DNA of 60,802 bases from a virus (lineage: Duplodnaviria > Caudoviricetes). Position 1 is the stretch's first letter. The number at the start of each line of letters is the position of its first letter. The DNA lies in the IMG/VR virus record IMGVR_UViG_3300025127_000031, positions 1 through 60,802 of that record; one strand, given 5' to 3'. Shown one piece after another: positions 46,442 to 56,724 of the stretch. The notes beneath the pieces were generated by a model that saw only the letters and a program-made list of their open reading frames with translations, had not been told where the DNA came from and ran no database searches. The position numbers and the translations under genes were made by a program.

Positions 46442-46619
46442 CTTTATTATCGCTCCTAGAGAAAGTAGAGTCTTCTTTGTCTTCCAGGGGGAAGTTATCG
46501 GGAGAAGACTCGTTTAATGCCTTTTCCTTTGCGTAGTCATAGGCGACTTGTGCTGCTTTTTTATAAGCATCAAGCTCCCCGCCTGTTGTGTAATTTTCAT
46601 CAGGAGAAGGCTTTTTCAC
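46434..46619 (-). CDS. Hypothetical protein
   Basis: 61 aa; YKKAAQVAYDYAK. Confidence 0.5.
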   Translation of the reverse strand: MKKPSPDENYTTGGELDAYKKAAQVAYDYAKEKALNESSPDNFPLEDKEDSTFSRSDNKDG

Positions 46620-46626
46620 AAGACGA

Positions 46627-46869
46627 TCAGAAGTTGCTCATCATGGAAGCTAGACCCTGTGAATAGATATCACGACGGCCTTCAACAGACTTTTGACGTT
46701 GCTGACGCATCTTGGATCCTTCTAACTTACCCAGGAGTTGTTCAAAGTCTTCAATGGGGACAGTAGCATTATCAAACCCAGCTTCGCCAGGTAGCGCCTC
46801 GCGCTTGTTACCATCCTCCAACTCAATCATTGCGACGCCGTCTACAAACGATAGATCACCTGCTGCCAT
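46627..46869 (-). CDS. Hypothetical protein sharing a C-terminal module with 23976-24401
   Basis: ATVPIEDFEQLLGKLEGSKMRQQRQKSVEGRRDIYSQGLASMMSNF. Confidence 0.75.
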   Translation of the reverse strand: MAAGDLSFVDGVAMIELEDGNKREALPGEAGFDNATVPIEDFEQLLGKLEGSKMRQQRQKSVEGRRDIYSQGLASMMSNF

Positions 46870-46916
46870 GGTATTTAAAAATTACACTATAAAAATTATA
46901 ATACAAACTAATCAGG

Positions 46917-47600
46917 TCAACCGATAGAATTCCAGAAACCAGCCATCATTTGTCCGTACATGTTGGTACGTGCAATATCTTGATCACCTGCTGTGCGAAT
47001 TTCTTGAATTGCTTTATCAAATTTTCCACGTTCTGTAATACCAGAAACACTGTACTTACCTTGCATTTCTGCAACATCTAGCAATCCTTGATTAATAATA
47101 TTCTGGAGATTTAAACCATAAGCAATGTCTTTATCTTTGAAATCACGTAAGCGAGCATCTTCAACTGTTGTTGTATATTCTGTTAAATCACGCTCTCTTG
47201 CGTCAAGTAAGTTATAACCAGATAAGGTAACTTGGCTTCCATATATATCAGCACCTGCATAAATACCAGCAACAGCTTCATTTGAAGCTGTTTCAATGTT
47301 TGCAATTGCTACATTATTTAAACGATCTTTATCCCTTTGTTGTCCTTCAAAAAGTTGTTGATCTTCTCGCCCTAATTCTTCATAACCATAAATTTGATCA
47401 AGGTAACCTGTATACTCGTCTAAAAACTCTGCTGGATCTTGTACTCCTACGCTTGTATCCAGTGCATCATCGAAATAATCTGCTTTATATTCTTTAAACA
47501 AAGATTTATCATTATCATAATAACCTTTTTGTTCATCAGTTAAATCGCTCCATTTAATATTTCCATCTGCTCTTTTAATAATGCCTTTTTTCTTGCCCAT
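46917..47600 (-). CDS. Putative internal virion protein
   Basis: 227 aa, helical. Confidence 0.65.
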   Translation of the reverse strand: MGKKKGIIKRADGNIKWSDLTDEQKGYYDNDKSLFKEYKADYFDDALDTSVGVQDPAEFLDEYTGYLDQIYGYEELGREDQQLFEGQQRDKDRLNNVAIANIETASNEAVAGIYAGADIYGSQVTLSGYNLLDARERDLTEYTTTVEDARLRDFKDKDIAYGLNLQNIINQGLLDVAEMQGKYSVSGITERGKFDKAIQEIRTAGDQDIARTNMYGQMMAGFWNSIG

Positions 47601-47649
47601 GTCAGTATCCTATAAAAACAATAAGTAACCTGATAATATCTATGCTAAC

Positions 47650-48327
47650 TTATGCGAACGCATTTGAAGCAGCTGCTTGTGATTGCTTTCTACCCGCTTT
47701 AATAATATCTGGTGTTTTAAATAAAAGGCCACCCGTTTCAGGATCAAGTCTTCCTGGACCAAATTGGGCCATTAAACTATAATCTTGTTCACCCATGCTT
47801 CTAAACCCTGGGAATAAAGAGGCAATTTGATTACTAGCTCCAGAGGTAATCGATGATGGTGATCCAAGTTGCCCTGTACGCTTTAATGATTCATATGTAT
47901 CATCTACAAATGATTGAGATGCTGTTCGTCCTTTTGATGCAAGTCTAAATTGATCAGCAATTAAATTTTTAGCATCTTTTTTATCAACCGTTCCTGTCAT
48001 AAGATCTTTTACATCTTCATTTAACATAAATTGATTTGGATCACTGTAGCTACTTAATGTAGATAAAGCATAATTACGATCAAACATTGGATTTGTATTA
48101 ACATTTTTATTAAAAAACCCTGCTAATTCACCAAAGTCTTCTTTAGGCATATAAAGATCTTTTGTAAAATCATCCCTGAATTTACCTGCTAATTCATAAG
48201 GATCAAACTGAATAGCACCATAACCTCCTCCGCCTCCTGACGAACCACCGCCACCACCAAACATTTTATTTAAAGCGAAGCCACCTATCGTAGAAACAGC
48301 TGCTCCGGCGATTGCTGGCCAAATCAT
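47650..48327 (-). CDS. Putative DNA ejection/pilot protein
   Basis: Hydrophobic Gly/Ala N-terminus followed by a poly-Gly linker. Confidence 0.6.
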   Translation of the reverse strand: MIWPAIAGAAVSTIGGFALNKMFGGGGGSSGGGGGYGAIQFDPYELAGKFRDDFTKDLYMPKEDFGELAGFFNKNVNTNPMFDRNYALSTLSSYSDPNQFMLNEDVKDLMTGTVDKKDAKNLIADQFRLASKGRTASQSFVDDTYESLKRTGQLGSPSSITSGASNQIASLFPGFRSMGEQDYSLMAQFGPGRLDPETGGLLFKTPDIIKAGRKQSQAAASNAFA

Positions 48328-48381
48328 TTACATTTACCTCATTATGTATTTATTATCGCAGACCCAAGCCAAAAGTAAAGT

Positions 48382-48873
48382 TTAAGCTAATCCGCCAAAC
48401 ATCCTCTTCCTGGCTGCTGCACGTTGTTCAAAACCAATGCCGCTGTCACCCATGTTTGCACGTGTTACTAACAAATCTTGAAAAGGAGCAGAGCGTTGAA
48501 ATTGTAGATTCCGTTGTGCTGCCTGTTGATCTAAATTTAATCCAAAGCGTGCCATATCTTTTCCAAGATTGGCATTAATCATTGCAGTACCTAGGGCTGC
48601 ATCAGCAGTTAATTGCTGGGCCGCCAACATGCTTCGGCCATAATTATCAGCAGTACGTCCTGCAAAGATGCCACCAAGACCTGCAGCCGCCACTGGCATC
48701 AGATCACTTAATTTAAAGTTACTTAAGAAACCACCACCTCCACTAGATGAGCCGCCTCCTGTAGGGTAATTAATAGCACCTGATGAAAAATCAGGGCCTA
48801 AAGGTGCTGGATTAAAAGAACTTGAAGTAGCATAACCTGCACCTCCTGGATTAAACGGATTAGTAGCAACCAT
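48382..48873 (-). CDS. Putative DNA ejection protein
   Basis: Gly/Ala-rich, AAAGLGGIF segment. Confidence 0.6.
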   Translation of the reverse strand: MVATNPFNPGGAGYATSSSFNPAPLGPDFSSGAINYPTGGGSSSGGGGFLSNFKLSDLMPVAAAGLGGIFAGRTADNYGRSMLAAQQLTADAALGTAMINANLGKDMARFGLNLDQQAAQRNLQFQRSAPFQDLLVTRANMGDSGIGFEQRAAARKRMFGGLA

Positions 48874-48875
48874 AA

Positions 48876-49385
48876 TTATCCAATCAAAGGCATGTTCTGG
48901 AAGTAACGACCTGTCGTTACCTGTGGTGTACTAATTCTACCGAAGTTATCTCTAATACCCGCTAAAGCTGCATCAGCACCTGCGTACTTAGCAAACTTCA
49001 TATCCTTAACCATATTGGGAAGACCCTTATATAAGAAACCCAGCATCGCAGAACGCTCACCATATTTCTGTGCCCGTGCCATTTGACGTGCAGCAATCTC
49101 ATCAGCTAACTCAGCTTGGGTACGGAGATACTCTTCAGATCGATAATACTTTTTATCTTCTTCAGCTTGTTTGTCTTTTTTTATAAGATAATCAACCAAA
49201 GGATCACCAGTAGACTTAGTCTTTGTTTCATCATCTGGTTTTTTATTTTCATCGAAAACATCTAAACTATAGACATCACTGATGTCTGTACCCAAAAAAG
49301 GCATATAGTCACCAGCTACTTTAAAAGGATTCTGCCCTTTCGCATAAGGATTGAAATTGTATTGTGGGAACAAAGACATAATCAA
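48876..49385 (-). CDS. Hypothetical protein
   Basis: 169 aa in operon. Confidence 0.65.
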   Translation of the reverse strand: MIMSLFPQYNFNPYAKGQNPFKVAGDYMPFLGTDISDVYSLDVFDENKKPDDETKTKSTGDPLVDYLIKKDKQAEEDKKYYRSEEYLRTQAELADEIAARQMARAQKYGERSAMLGFLYKGLPNMVKDMKFAKYAGADAALAGIRDNFGRISTPQVTTGRYFQNMPLIG

Positions 49386-50342
49386 TCAACCAAAGCTAAT
49401 ATTTGGTGCTTGCATCACGCTACCTGCATAAGGATTAGCGGTTAATGCAGTACGTAAGTTAGCACCAGCTTCTGCTTGTGCTCCTGTAGCTAGTTTACCA
49501 GCAGTTGCCACAGTACCTAACATGGCATAATTACCAGCCATTGTATTAGCCATTGCTTGTTGACGTACTAAATCCGCATTCTTCATTTTTTGAATCAACG
49601 GATTCATTGCTTGCATTTGTTGCAACTCTGCTTGCATATAGAACTGAGTTAAATCTTTGGTTGCAGCTAAGTTTTGACCTAGCATTTGTTGGCGAAGGTC
49701 TAAGTCTTGTGATGCAATCTTTCCTCTTGCTGCGAGCTGACTACCAAGCTCACCTTCTTTGCCCTTGGTTGGTTCACCTGTAACTTTACGCTTTACATAC
49801 TCAGTTGCTTGTGCTCCAGAAGGTGCTCCCATCAAGGCACCAACAGTCGGTAAAACAGCCTTAGCTACTCCTCTTACCGGTGCAGGAAGTAAAGCTGCTG
49901 CACCCAGACCTAAAGCAGCACCAAAGCCGCCACCAGCAACAGCACCAGCTGCACCAATTGGGCGTCCTTGCTGAGCTTCACTAACGGCAGTTCCAAGAGC
50001 AGGTAGGGCTGCTAAACCTAAACCAAGACGACCAGGGTTATTTTGAATCGCACGTTGTACTTGTTTAGCACGTTCTCCCATTGGATACAGCATATTTTGA
50101 ATCTGCTGCTGTGCTGCTTGAGCACGTTGTGCCATGGTCATTTCTCTTGATACACCAAGAGTTAAAGGAGTTGTAAATGCTTGTGTTGCACTAAACGTGC
50201 GGCCTTGACCAAGAGAACGTACACCTCCTGCTGTCAACGGTTCTCGACCAGCGCCAATATTAATTGATTCAAGTCCACCAAGATTTCCTACTGCTGGTGC
50301 GCCAACAGAACCTAAATTAGTAGAAGCATATGGTGAATACAT
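49386..50342 (-). CDS. Putative DNA ejection protein (glycine zipper)
   Basis: GAAGAVAGGGFGAALGLGAA; Gln/Ala-rich C-terminus. Confidence 0.65.
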   Translation of the reverse strand: MYSPYASTNLGSVGAPAVGNLGGLESINIGAGREPLTAGGVRSLGQGRTFSATQAFTTPLTLGVSREMTMAQRAQAAQQQIQNMLYPMGERAKQVQRAIQNNPGRLGLGLAALPALGTAVSEAQQGRPIGAAGAVAGGGFGAALGLGAAALLPAPVRGVAKAVLPTVGALMGAPSGAQATEYVKRKVTGEPTKGKEGELGSQLAARGKIASQDLDLRQQMLGQNLAATKDLTQFYMQAELQQMQAMNPLIQKMKNADLVRQQAMANTMAGNYAMLGTVATAGKLATGAQAEAGANLRTALTANPYAGSVMQAPNISFG

Positions 50343-50379
50343 CGTTTATTGAAATTTAAATCTGTACTTAAATTCTATA

Positions 50380-51495
50380 TCAACCAAGTCGAATTAATTC
50401 TTGTCTACGTTGTTCTAATTTTTCTGGAGTATTTAATCCAACTTTTTCTAATTCTTCATAAGGACCATAACCTCTGATAGCTGCCATTACTAATTCACCT
50501 TCTGGAGTTACGCCGTTAAAAGTACGTTCTGGTGTAATGCCGTATTCTTGAGTAGACGGCAGATCAGATTGCCCTTGAGATGCAATAGCTCGATTCATTA
50601 ACTTACCTGCTAATGCACCTAATAATGCACCACCAGCGCCAGCTGCAGCTACTTGTGCAGTAGGAACACGTTTGGCTGATGGACGAACAATTGTTTGTCC
50701 TTTATCTTTCTTCTCTACCTTCCCAGGGGGCATGCTCCTTAATGCAGTAGCAGTTGCTGCAGAACTTCCTGCTAAAGCACCCACGGCTTGTAAACCCACT
50801 GGGAAACCAACAATGCGTGCTTCAGGCTCTCCCTGAAGATTCTCCATTGTGCCTTTAACTAAACCAACCCCCAGGGGTCCTTTTTCGTTATACAAAAAGT
50901 TCATGTAATTTGCATAACGTTGCTTTGTAAGATCTGGGATATCTTCTTTAGCTGTATCAAACTTTAAAGGTCTACCTTGACGACCTAAAACAAATCGTTC
51001 TAATAACTCAGGAGCTGGTTGTCCTGTTTTTCTGCGATCTTCTGAACCTTGCTCTGCATACGATTGAGCAAAACCTTTGGGCCTAAATAACTCCCCTGGA
51101 TTAGTTAAGTCATAAATACCTAAAGACGCACCCACAGGAATACCAACAGAAGCTAAGCCAATAACAGCTTTCTGTGGCGCACTATATTGATTAATATTTT
51201 TACCTTGTGCCAATCGAGATAATGAATCTGAAATAGGCATTGGATGATTATTTTTCCAATACAAGATACGTGTTGCGTCATAACCTAAATCAGTTACAGC
51301 TGATGTAGCTAAAGCACCAGCAAGCTTAACCGGTGTCTTTGTCGTAACACCTTGTTCTTTTAATCCACTATATGCTTTTCTTGATGCCTTAGTAAAAGGT
51401 GCAAATGTTAATCCGTAGTCAATTCCTTCTGTTGCTTTTGCAAAAGCTCTGCCACCTGCTTTTAAATCTTCAAATGTTTGTTTTAATCGTTTCAT
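50380..51495 (-). CDS. Hypothetical protein (glycine-zipper segments)
   Basis: 371 aa. Confidence 0.7.
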   Translation of the reverse strand: MKRLKQTFEDLKAGGRAFAKATEGIDYGLTFAPFTKASRKAYSGLKEQGVTTKTPVKLAGALATSAVTDLGYDATRILYWKNNHPMPISDSLSRLAQGKNINQYSAPQKAVIGLASVGIPVGASLGIYDLTNPGELFRPKGFAQSYAEQGSEDRRKTGQPAPELLERFVLGRQGRPLKFDTAKEDIPDLTKQRYANYMNFLYNEKGPLGVGLVKGTMENLQGEPEARIVGFPVGLQAVGALAGSSAATATALRSMPPGKVEKKDKGQTIVRPSAKRVPTAQVAAAGAGGALLGALAGKLMNRAIASQGQSDLPSTQEYGITPERTFNGVTPEGELVMAAIRGYGPYEELEKVGLNTPEKLEQRRQELIRLG

Positions 51496-51497
51496 TT

Positions 51498-52052
51498 TTA
51501 CACTCCTACAATACGTGCCATATCTCGTTCAACCTCTGCCACATTAAACATTGGCATCTCACTATTTAAATATTGTTGCGTCAATGCTTGTGGGCTTTGA
51601 ATACCCATACCTTGATACATTGTTCCGGGCATATATTGTCCTGCTAATAAATCATTATTAATTAGCATGCGTTGTAAATTTTGCTGACTAACTTGTGTCT
51701 GTTGTGCAGCAACAGGAGATTGAGCAGTAGCTAAAGAAAGGTCTTTGTATCGAGGATCCATTGCTACTACAGGAACCCTACTTGCAAAACTACCAGCAAC
51801 GTTTGCAAGAAGTTCTCTGGTTCCTGTTTTCTTACCCAAAGCAGCACGTAAACCACCTTGAGCTAAGCCAGAACCAGCTGCATCAGCTACGCCATAGGCT
51901 AATGCTGTTACAGGATCTGCACCTCCTACAAGCTCCATTCCTGAACTAAGGGCTCCACTAACTAAGGCGTCACGGCCAAGGCCTTTCATCAAACCCTTCT
52001 TGGTTAGGCCCGGTAAAAATTTACTTGCTAATTTTAATCCGGCTGCCAGCAT
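51498..52052 (-). CDS. Hypothetical Gly/Ala-rich protein
   Basis: 184 aa; TAGAAT 22 nt upstream. Confidence 0.65.
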   Translation of the reverse strand: MLAAGLKLASKFLPGLTKKGLMKGLGRDALVSGALSSGMELVGGADPVTALAYGVADAAGSGLAQGGLRAALGKKTGTRELLANVAGSFASRVPVVAMDPRYKDLSLATAQSPVAAQQTQVSQQNLQRMLINNDLLAGQYMPGTMYQGMGIQSPQALTQQYLNSEMPMFNVAEVERDMARIVGV

Positions 52053-52092
52053 CTATCCGTAGTTATATAGTCTGATTCTACTTCCTTTAATT

Positions 52093-52752
52093 TCAAGCTG
52101 GTTTTTCTTTATCCTTAGGTTTCTTAGTTTCTTTCTTGTCTTGATTTTTTAATTGCTCTGTTCGTTTTTGTTGCGGTTCTTCTGCTTCTTTAACTTCTTT
52201 CTTGGAAGATGATAAAAGCTGAGCAACATTCATCTTGCCTTCAAGTTGGTTTTGTGCTTTCTTCTGCGCATAATCCATAAGATTGCCCTTAGGATCAGGG
52301 TTGCTAGCGCGAGGATTAGGATTAGAAACTTTTTTATCAACAGAAAGGGTAGGGCTTAACTCATACATTTGCACCCACCGCTCTTTAAAATCTGGATACG
52401 TTCTGAAATCTAATTTTGTATTTGCACGACCATTTTGAAAACTATATAACGGATTCTCTGGATCATTCCTACCAGTATCAAAACGTCCTAGTCCAGTAAA
52501 CGCTTCAAAGTTTTCTGGGTTCTGTGGATCAACAAAACCAGCTCTTGGATTGTTCTTTAGCTTTTTAGTTTTAAGTCTTTCTTGTAATGAAGCGGAATCA
52601 AAATGATAAACCGTAAAAGGTGGTTCATCAGACTTACGACGAAACGCTTCTTCGTAATTAATTTGATAAGGACCTTTAGCTCCTTTATGAAAAAAAAGAG
52701 CTACCTCATCGAGATAATCTTGTGGACGACTTAGGCGGCTATCACGTGGCAT
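52093..52752 (-). CDS. Hypothetical protein
   Basis: 219 aa. Confidence 0.7.
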   Translation of the reverse strand: MPRDSRLSRPQDYLDEVALFFHKGAKGPYQINYEEAFRRKSDEPPFTVYHFDSASLQERLKTKKLKNNPRAGFVDPQNPENFEAFTGLGRFDTGRNDPENPLYSFQNGRANTKLDFRTYPDFKERWVQMYELSPTLSVDKKVSNPNPRASNPDPKGNLMDYAQKKAQNQLEGKMNVAQLLSSSKKEVKEAEEPQQKRTEQLKNQDKKETKKPKDKEKPA

Positions 52753-52754
52753 GA

Positions 52755-52880
52755 TTACTTTTTACTCCGTTTTTTTACAGGTACACAGTTGGGAACTTTT
52801 TTGCCTGTCTTCTTTGATGTCTTCATGCCTTGTTTTTTATACCCTGACCAGCAAGGATCACTCTTTTTCTTTGCTGGCAT
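52755..52880 (-). CDS. Small basic protein with CW.GY...VPNCV motif (41 aa)
   Basis: Missed by ORF track; MPAKKKSDPCWSGYKKQGMKTSKKTGKKVPNCVPVKKRSKK. Confidence 0.6.
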   Translation of the reverse strand: MPAKKKSDPCWSGYKKQGMKTSKKTGKKVPNCVPVKKRSKK

Positions 52881-53094
52881 TTTTCTTATCTTTTTTGTTC
52901 TTATTTATCTTAACAAGAGTTTCACGAAGCTGAGCTTGCTTACGTGTTTTCTCGTCATATTTATCTGGATTCTTTTCTACATTGGCTTGTAACTGAGCAG
53001 GAGTAATCCCCTTCTTCCTGGCCTTAGCTGTGAAAGTACCAGGCTTTTTAATTGCCGATTGAATCCAATTTTTATCTTTCTTCTTTTCAGCCAT
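52858..53094 (-). CDS. Small basic protein
   Basis: NWIQSAIKKPGTFTAKARKKG...RKQAQLRETL. Confidence 0.7.
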   Translation of the reverse strand: MAEKKKDKNWIQSAIKKPGTFTAKARKKGITPAQLQANVEKNPDKYDEKTRKQAQLRETLVKINKNKKDKKNASKEKE

Positions 53095-53096
53095 AA

Positions 53097-56000
53097 TTAG
53101 TTAAAAGGAATGGGAGGTTTACCTATATAAGTAAAAGAAGTAGACTGCCCTGGTCGTGCTGGTGGAGTGTATTGTGCTGACCTATTAGCCAGTATACTTG
53201 CCGCACGGTTTAATTGAGCACTGCCCACGCCATATTTTTTGATGAAATCAGATTCATTTAAATCAGGTTTACGTAATCCTGTGCCAACAGGTGCTGTACG
53301 TAAGCGTTGTGCAGCTTCACCAACCATTGAGCGGTTTAACTGCTGATTGGCTACAACTTCTGCTGCACGTCGAGGATCACTAGGCTGCGCTAAATTAACT
53401 TTTCTTGTTCCTCCAGCTCCCTGTGGAACTGGTTGGTTTATGTCACCATAAGAAGCAAAGCCATAACCAGTATATGGACGTTTTGTATTAGCAATAAAAC
53501 CACCGCCTACGTTACTGACATAAGGTACTTTTAACCCTTGTGGAGCAGTTTCCATTTGCTGACGTAAACCCGCTAACTGAGGACCAACATTACCAAGAGA
53601 TATTTGTCGAGTTGTTTGCAACTTTGGCAACGTCCCCATTTTAGGTTGCCTACTTTGTCCAGTTACAGTAACGCCAGTAACCACTTGGCCTTGTGAGCCT
53701 GTGGCAGCAGGTGTTGCCGTAAGCGCCTGACCTGTTCTTGCATCTTTAACGACTTGAGGAGCTGTTTGAATACGTGGTGAACGATACGCTACGTTTTCAA
53801 ATTCTTCAGCATTACTTAGCTCCATAGGATCCAGTCCACCTGAACCTTGTGTTTTGTATTGCCCTGGAATAGGAGCTGCTACATCTTCTTTACGTAGTGG
53901 AACAGGTTCCATGTATGTGGTAAATCCTCGTTTTACTGGAGTTCTTACAGCTTTACCAGTTTCATCAACTAAAGCAGGAACACCATAAATAGCGGGTTCT
54001 TTTGTTGTTTTCAAAAGATCATTAACGAACGCATGTGCAGGCCCTGCATGCATTCTTTGACCTTCTATTTCAAAATCACCAAGTAATAAACTTTGTTTTT
54101 TACCTACAGGCGCACCTAAATCAATACCATAGTTATCTCGAACTTTTCCACGGAGACTGCGGATAATAAAATCATTATACGTAGAAGCATTGCCAATATC
54201 AGATAATGTTTTGCCTTGCGCTAAACCATCAGCTAATAACTGAGGATTAAATTGGAGCAAAAATTCTTTCTTGGCCGTTGGGTTGTTAAAGTAATCATAC
54301 GAAGCATCTCTTGCATATTGTTCTAAAGCAGCACGAGGCAATTCAACTGGTTCTGGTTTTGTAGTTTTAAGAAAAGTACGTCCTTTATTTCCTTGTGCAT
54401 CTGTTGTAATCGTTTCTCGAATGCCCATCAAGGGCTCTTGGCCTTCAACAATTTTTCCTTGAGGAATATAAAGCTTACCATCATCGCCTCTTATAACTTG
54501 CTCGTCATAGTCACGAAATCTAGATGCAGGTTGAGTTGAAATATTTGCACTCGGTTCACCAGTAGCAACCTCAAACCCACCTCTTGAACCAGAACCTTCA
54601 ACATTAATATCAAAGCTAGTATCGATCTTTCCACCAGGTTGATTGCGTTGTCCTGCTCCTGCAAGCCGGAAACGTCCGCCTTCAACACTGTATCCGCGAG
54701 CGGGATCACCTTCTTCTGTACGTCGCACAGGAAGCTGTTGATTAATAGCACGTTCAAATCGATCTGATTCATCAACAAGCCCTGTTCCAGCTTCAACTGC
54801 CCCTGGGATTTGTGTTGTACCTTTATTCGTACGTTCTCGATACGATTCTGTATCTACCATTGTGCCAATGCCTTCAGCACCGGCTAAACCTTCTGCTCCA
54901 TAAGGATCAAATTGTTGACCCATTTCTTTTCCAATAAAAGGATCGCGTTCGTCCACTACAACTACATTTTCATCTAACTGAGTCATACGTGCGCCAAGCT
55001 CTGTATCTGTATCGTCAAGACCACGATTCTTATAAAAGAAAGGAACTTCTTCTACTTTTCCTGTTGAAGGATTAACAACCCGACGCTTTCCAAAAATATA
55101 TTCATCTTCATTGCCACCTCTGGTCATACTTGCCCTGGCACCTTCAGTTAACTCCTGCGTTAAATTAGTTCCAACGCGACCACGGCGTTCTGCAAGGGTA
55201 CTTCCCAGCATTCCCTTAACAGCTGAAGTAGGCACACTTGGATCTAGTAAACGTGCTTTAATAACAGGATCATCAACACTAGCTGCTGCAGAAATTCGAT
55301 CAGAAATGTCATACATTGTTTCTTCTGCTACACGTACAGAATCTTCTGTTGGCCTAGCAGCAACTTCACGAGTTATTAAATCGTGATCAGAAAAAGCCCC
55401 TCTTGGAGGTAACTGTTTTGAACCAAATACTTCTTGACGGCGCTTAGCCGACATCTCACTTACTCCAGGGAGATTTTCTGCTTTTCCTGTTAAGTTATAT
55501 GCACTAGGTGTTGGATCATAACGCGCTTCGGCCATAGCCTGGCCAACTGCTGTAATTTGATCATCAGGCAAACCACCTGACATGTCCATCTGTTCAAACT
55601 CATAAGAAGCTCTTTTTAATTTTGCTTCGGGAGAATCTAAATTAGTGCGCGGTGCTGTTTCCAGGGCCAAACGCCTTTGTTTTGGTGTCATACCATCTAC
55701 AATTTCTTCTTGTACAACAGCTGCTTTACCTACGCGAACTGAATCTGTATCTCTTTGAATTGCTTTTTCAAGAAAACTATCAGCTTGATCTGCAGCACTT
55801 TGAACAGCATCAATGTTTTGTGCTTGTGCAGCTGGTTCGCCAAAGGTTTCATAAGTATCTGTAAGACTTATGGGTTCAGCTCGCATTTCATCTAATACTT
55901 TTTCCCCTTCTTTATTAATACGCCGAACAAAACTTGCTTGACGATTAGCTTCAGTACCCATCATTTGACGGGCCTCTGCTGCTACTTCTGGTCCGGCAAG

Positions 56001-56621
56001 CATTTCACCTGCAGGACCAACTTTTACTTCAGAAATTAATTCATCAACACGATCAGATAAAAAATCACTAGCATTCGGCGGCTCCATACGAGTCCGCATT
56101 ACCTGCTCTTGTTCATCCGCAATTAAATTCAATACCTCATCACGACCAGTAATGTCATCTGCTCTTTCACTGAACCGCCGGAAGCCACTATCTTTTGTTG
56201 CTGTACCAGGGAAATCTGATCGTCTAACAGGTGCTTCAGTAACAACTTGTTCTTGTGTAACTACTCTGCTAGGTGCAACTTTCTTGGTATTAAGAGGTTG
56301 CGTAGCTGCTCGTTCGAGATCAAGAATTTTATCGGCAGAAGGATTAGCTTGAACTTTGATTCCACCTTTACCAGAGGGGTCCATCTTTGGAATCCGGCGG
56401 CCACGTAAGGCCAATCCAGTACCAGCTGCACCTAATAAACCCAATCCAATGCCAATTCCAGTTAATAAATTATTTTCACCCCCAGATTCTCCTTGTTGTA
56501 GCTGTCCTGCTCGAAATGCACGTACTTCAGGGACCATTTGTGCCCGTTCTTGCGGCGATTCAGGGTAAGGAGTCCCTGTAGCACGGCTATATGCGGCAAA
56601 ATCAGCAGGAGAAAGAGACAT
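53097..56621 (-). CDS. Large hypothetical protein (probable internal virion protein)
   Basis: 1174 aa; one hydrophobic GIGIGLGLLGAAG segment near the N-terminus; otherwise disordered-looking. Confidence 0.8.
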   Translation of the reverse strand: MSLSPADFAAYSRATGTPYPESPQERAQMVPEVRAFRAGQLQQGESGGENNLLTGIGIGLGLLGAAGTGLALRGRRIPKMDPSGKGGIKVQANPSADKILDLERAATQPLNTKKVAPSRVVTQEQVVTEAPVRRSDFPGTATKDSGFRRFSERADDITGRDEVLNLIADEQEQVMRTRMEPPNASDFLSDRVDELISEVKVGPAGEMLAGPEVAAEARQMMGTEANRQASFVRRINKEGEKVLDEMRAEPISLTDTYETFGEPAAQAQNIDAVQSAADQADSFLEKAIQRDTDSVRVGKAAVVQEEIVDGMTPKQRRLALETAPRTNLDSPEAKLKRASYEFEQMDMSGGLPDDQITAVGQAMAEARYDPTPSAYNLTGKAENLPGVSEMSAKRRQEVFGSKQLPPRGAFSDHDLITREVAARPTEDSVRVAEETMYDISDRISAAASVDDPVIKARLLDPSVPTSAVKGMLGSTLAERRGRVGTNLTQELTEGARASMTRGGNEDEYIFGKRRVVNPSTGKVEEVPFFYKNRGLDDTDTELGARMTQLDENVVVVDERDPFIGKEMGQQFDPYGAEGLAGAEGIGTMVDTESYRERTNKGTTQIPGAVEAGTGLVDESDRFERAINQQLPVRRTEEGDPARGYSVEGGRFRLAGAGQRNQPGGKIDTSFDINVEGSGSRGGFEVATGEPSANISTQPASRFRDYDEQVIRGDDGKLYIPQGKIVEGQEPLMGIRETITTDAQGNKGRTFLKTTKPEPVELPRAALEQYARDASYDYFNNPTAKKEFLLQFNPQLLADGLAQGKTLSDIGNASTYNDFIIRSLRGKVRDNYGIDLGAPVGKKQSLLLGDFEIEGQRMHAGPAHAFVNDLLKTTKEPAIYGVPALVDETGKAVRTPVKRGFTTYMEPVPLRKEDVAAPIPGQYKTQGSGGLDPMELSNAEEFENVAYRSPRIQTAPQVVKDARTGQALTATPAATGSQGQVVTGVTVTGQSRQPKMGTLPKLQTTRQISLGNVGPQLAGLRQQMETAPQGLKVPYVSNVGGGFIANTKRPYTGYGFASYGDINQPVPQGAGGTRKVNLAQPSDPRRAAEVVANQQLNRSMVGEAAQRLRTAPVGTGLRKPDLNESDFIKKYGVGSAQLNRAASILANRSAQYTPPARPGQSTSFTYIGKPPIPFN

Positions 56622-56724
56622 TTACTTGATATTGACTAATTATTGGCTAATAAACTTATTTTAAGGTGAAAAATTCACAATTTATACTCTGATATAGACT
56701 ATAACTATAAAAAATTGCAATAAG

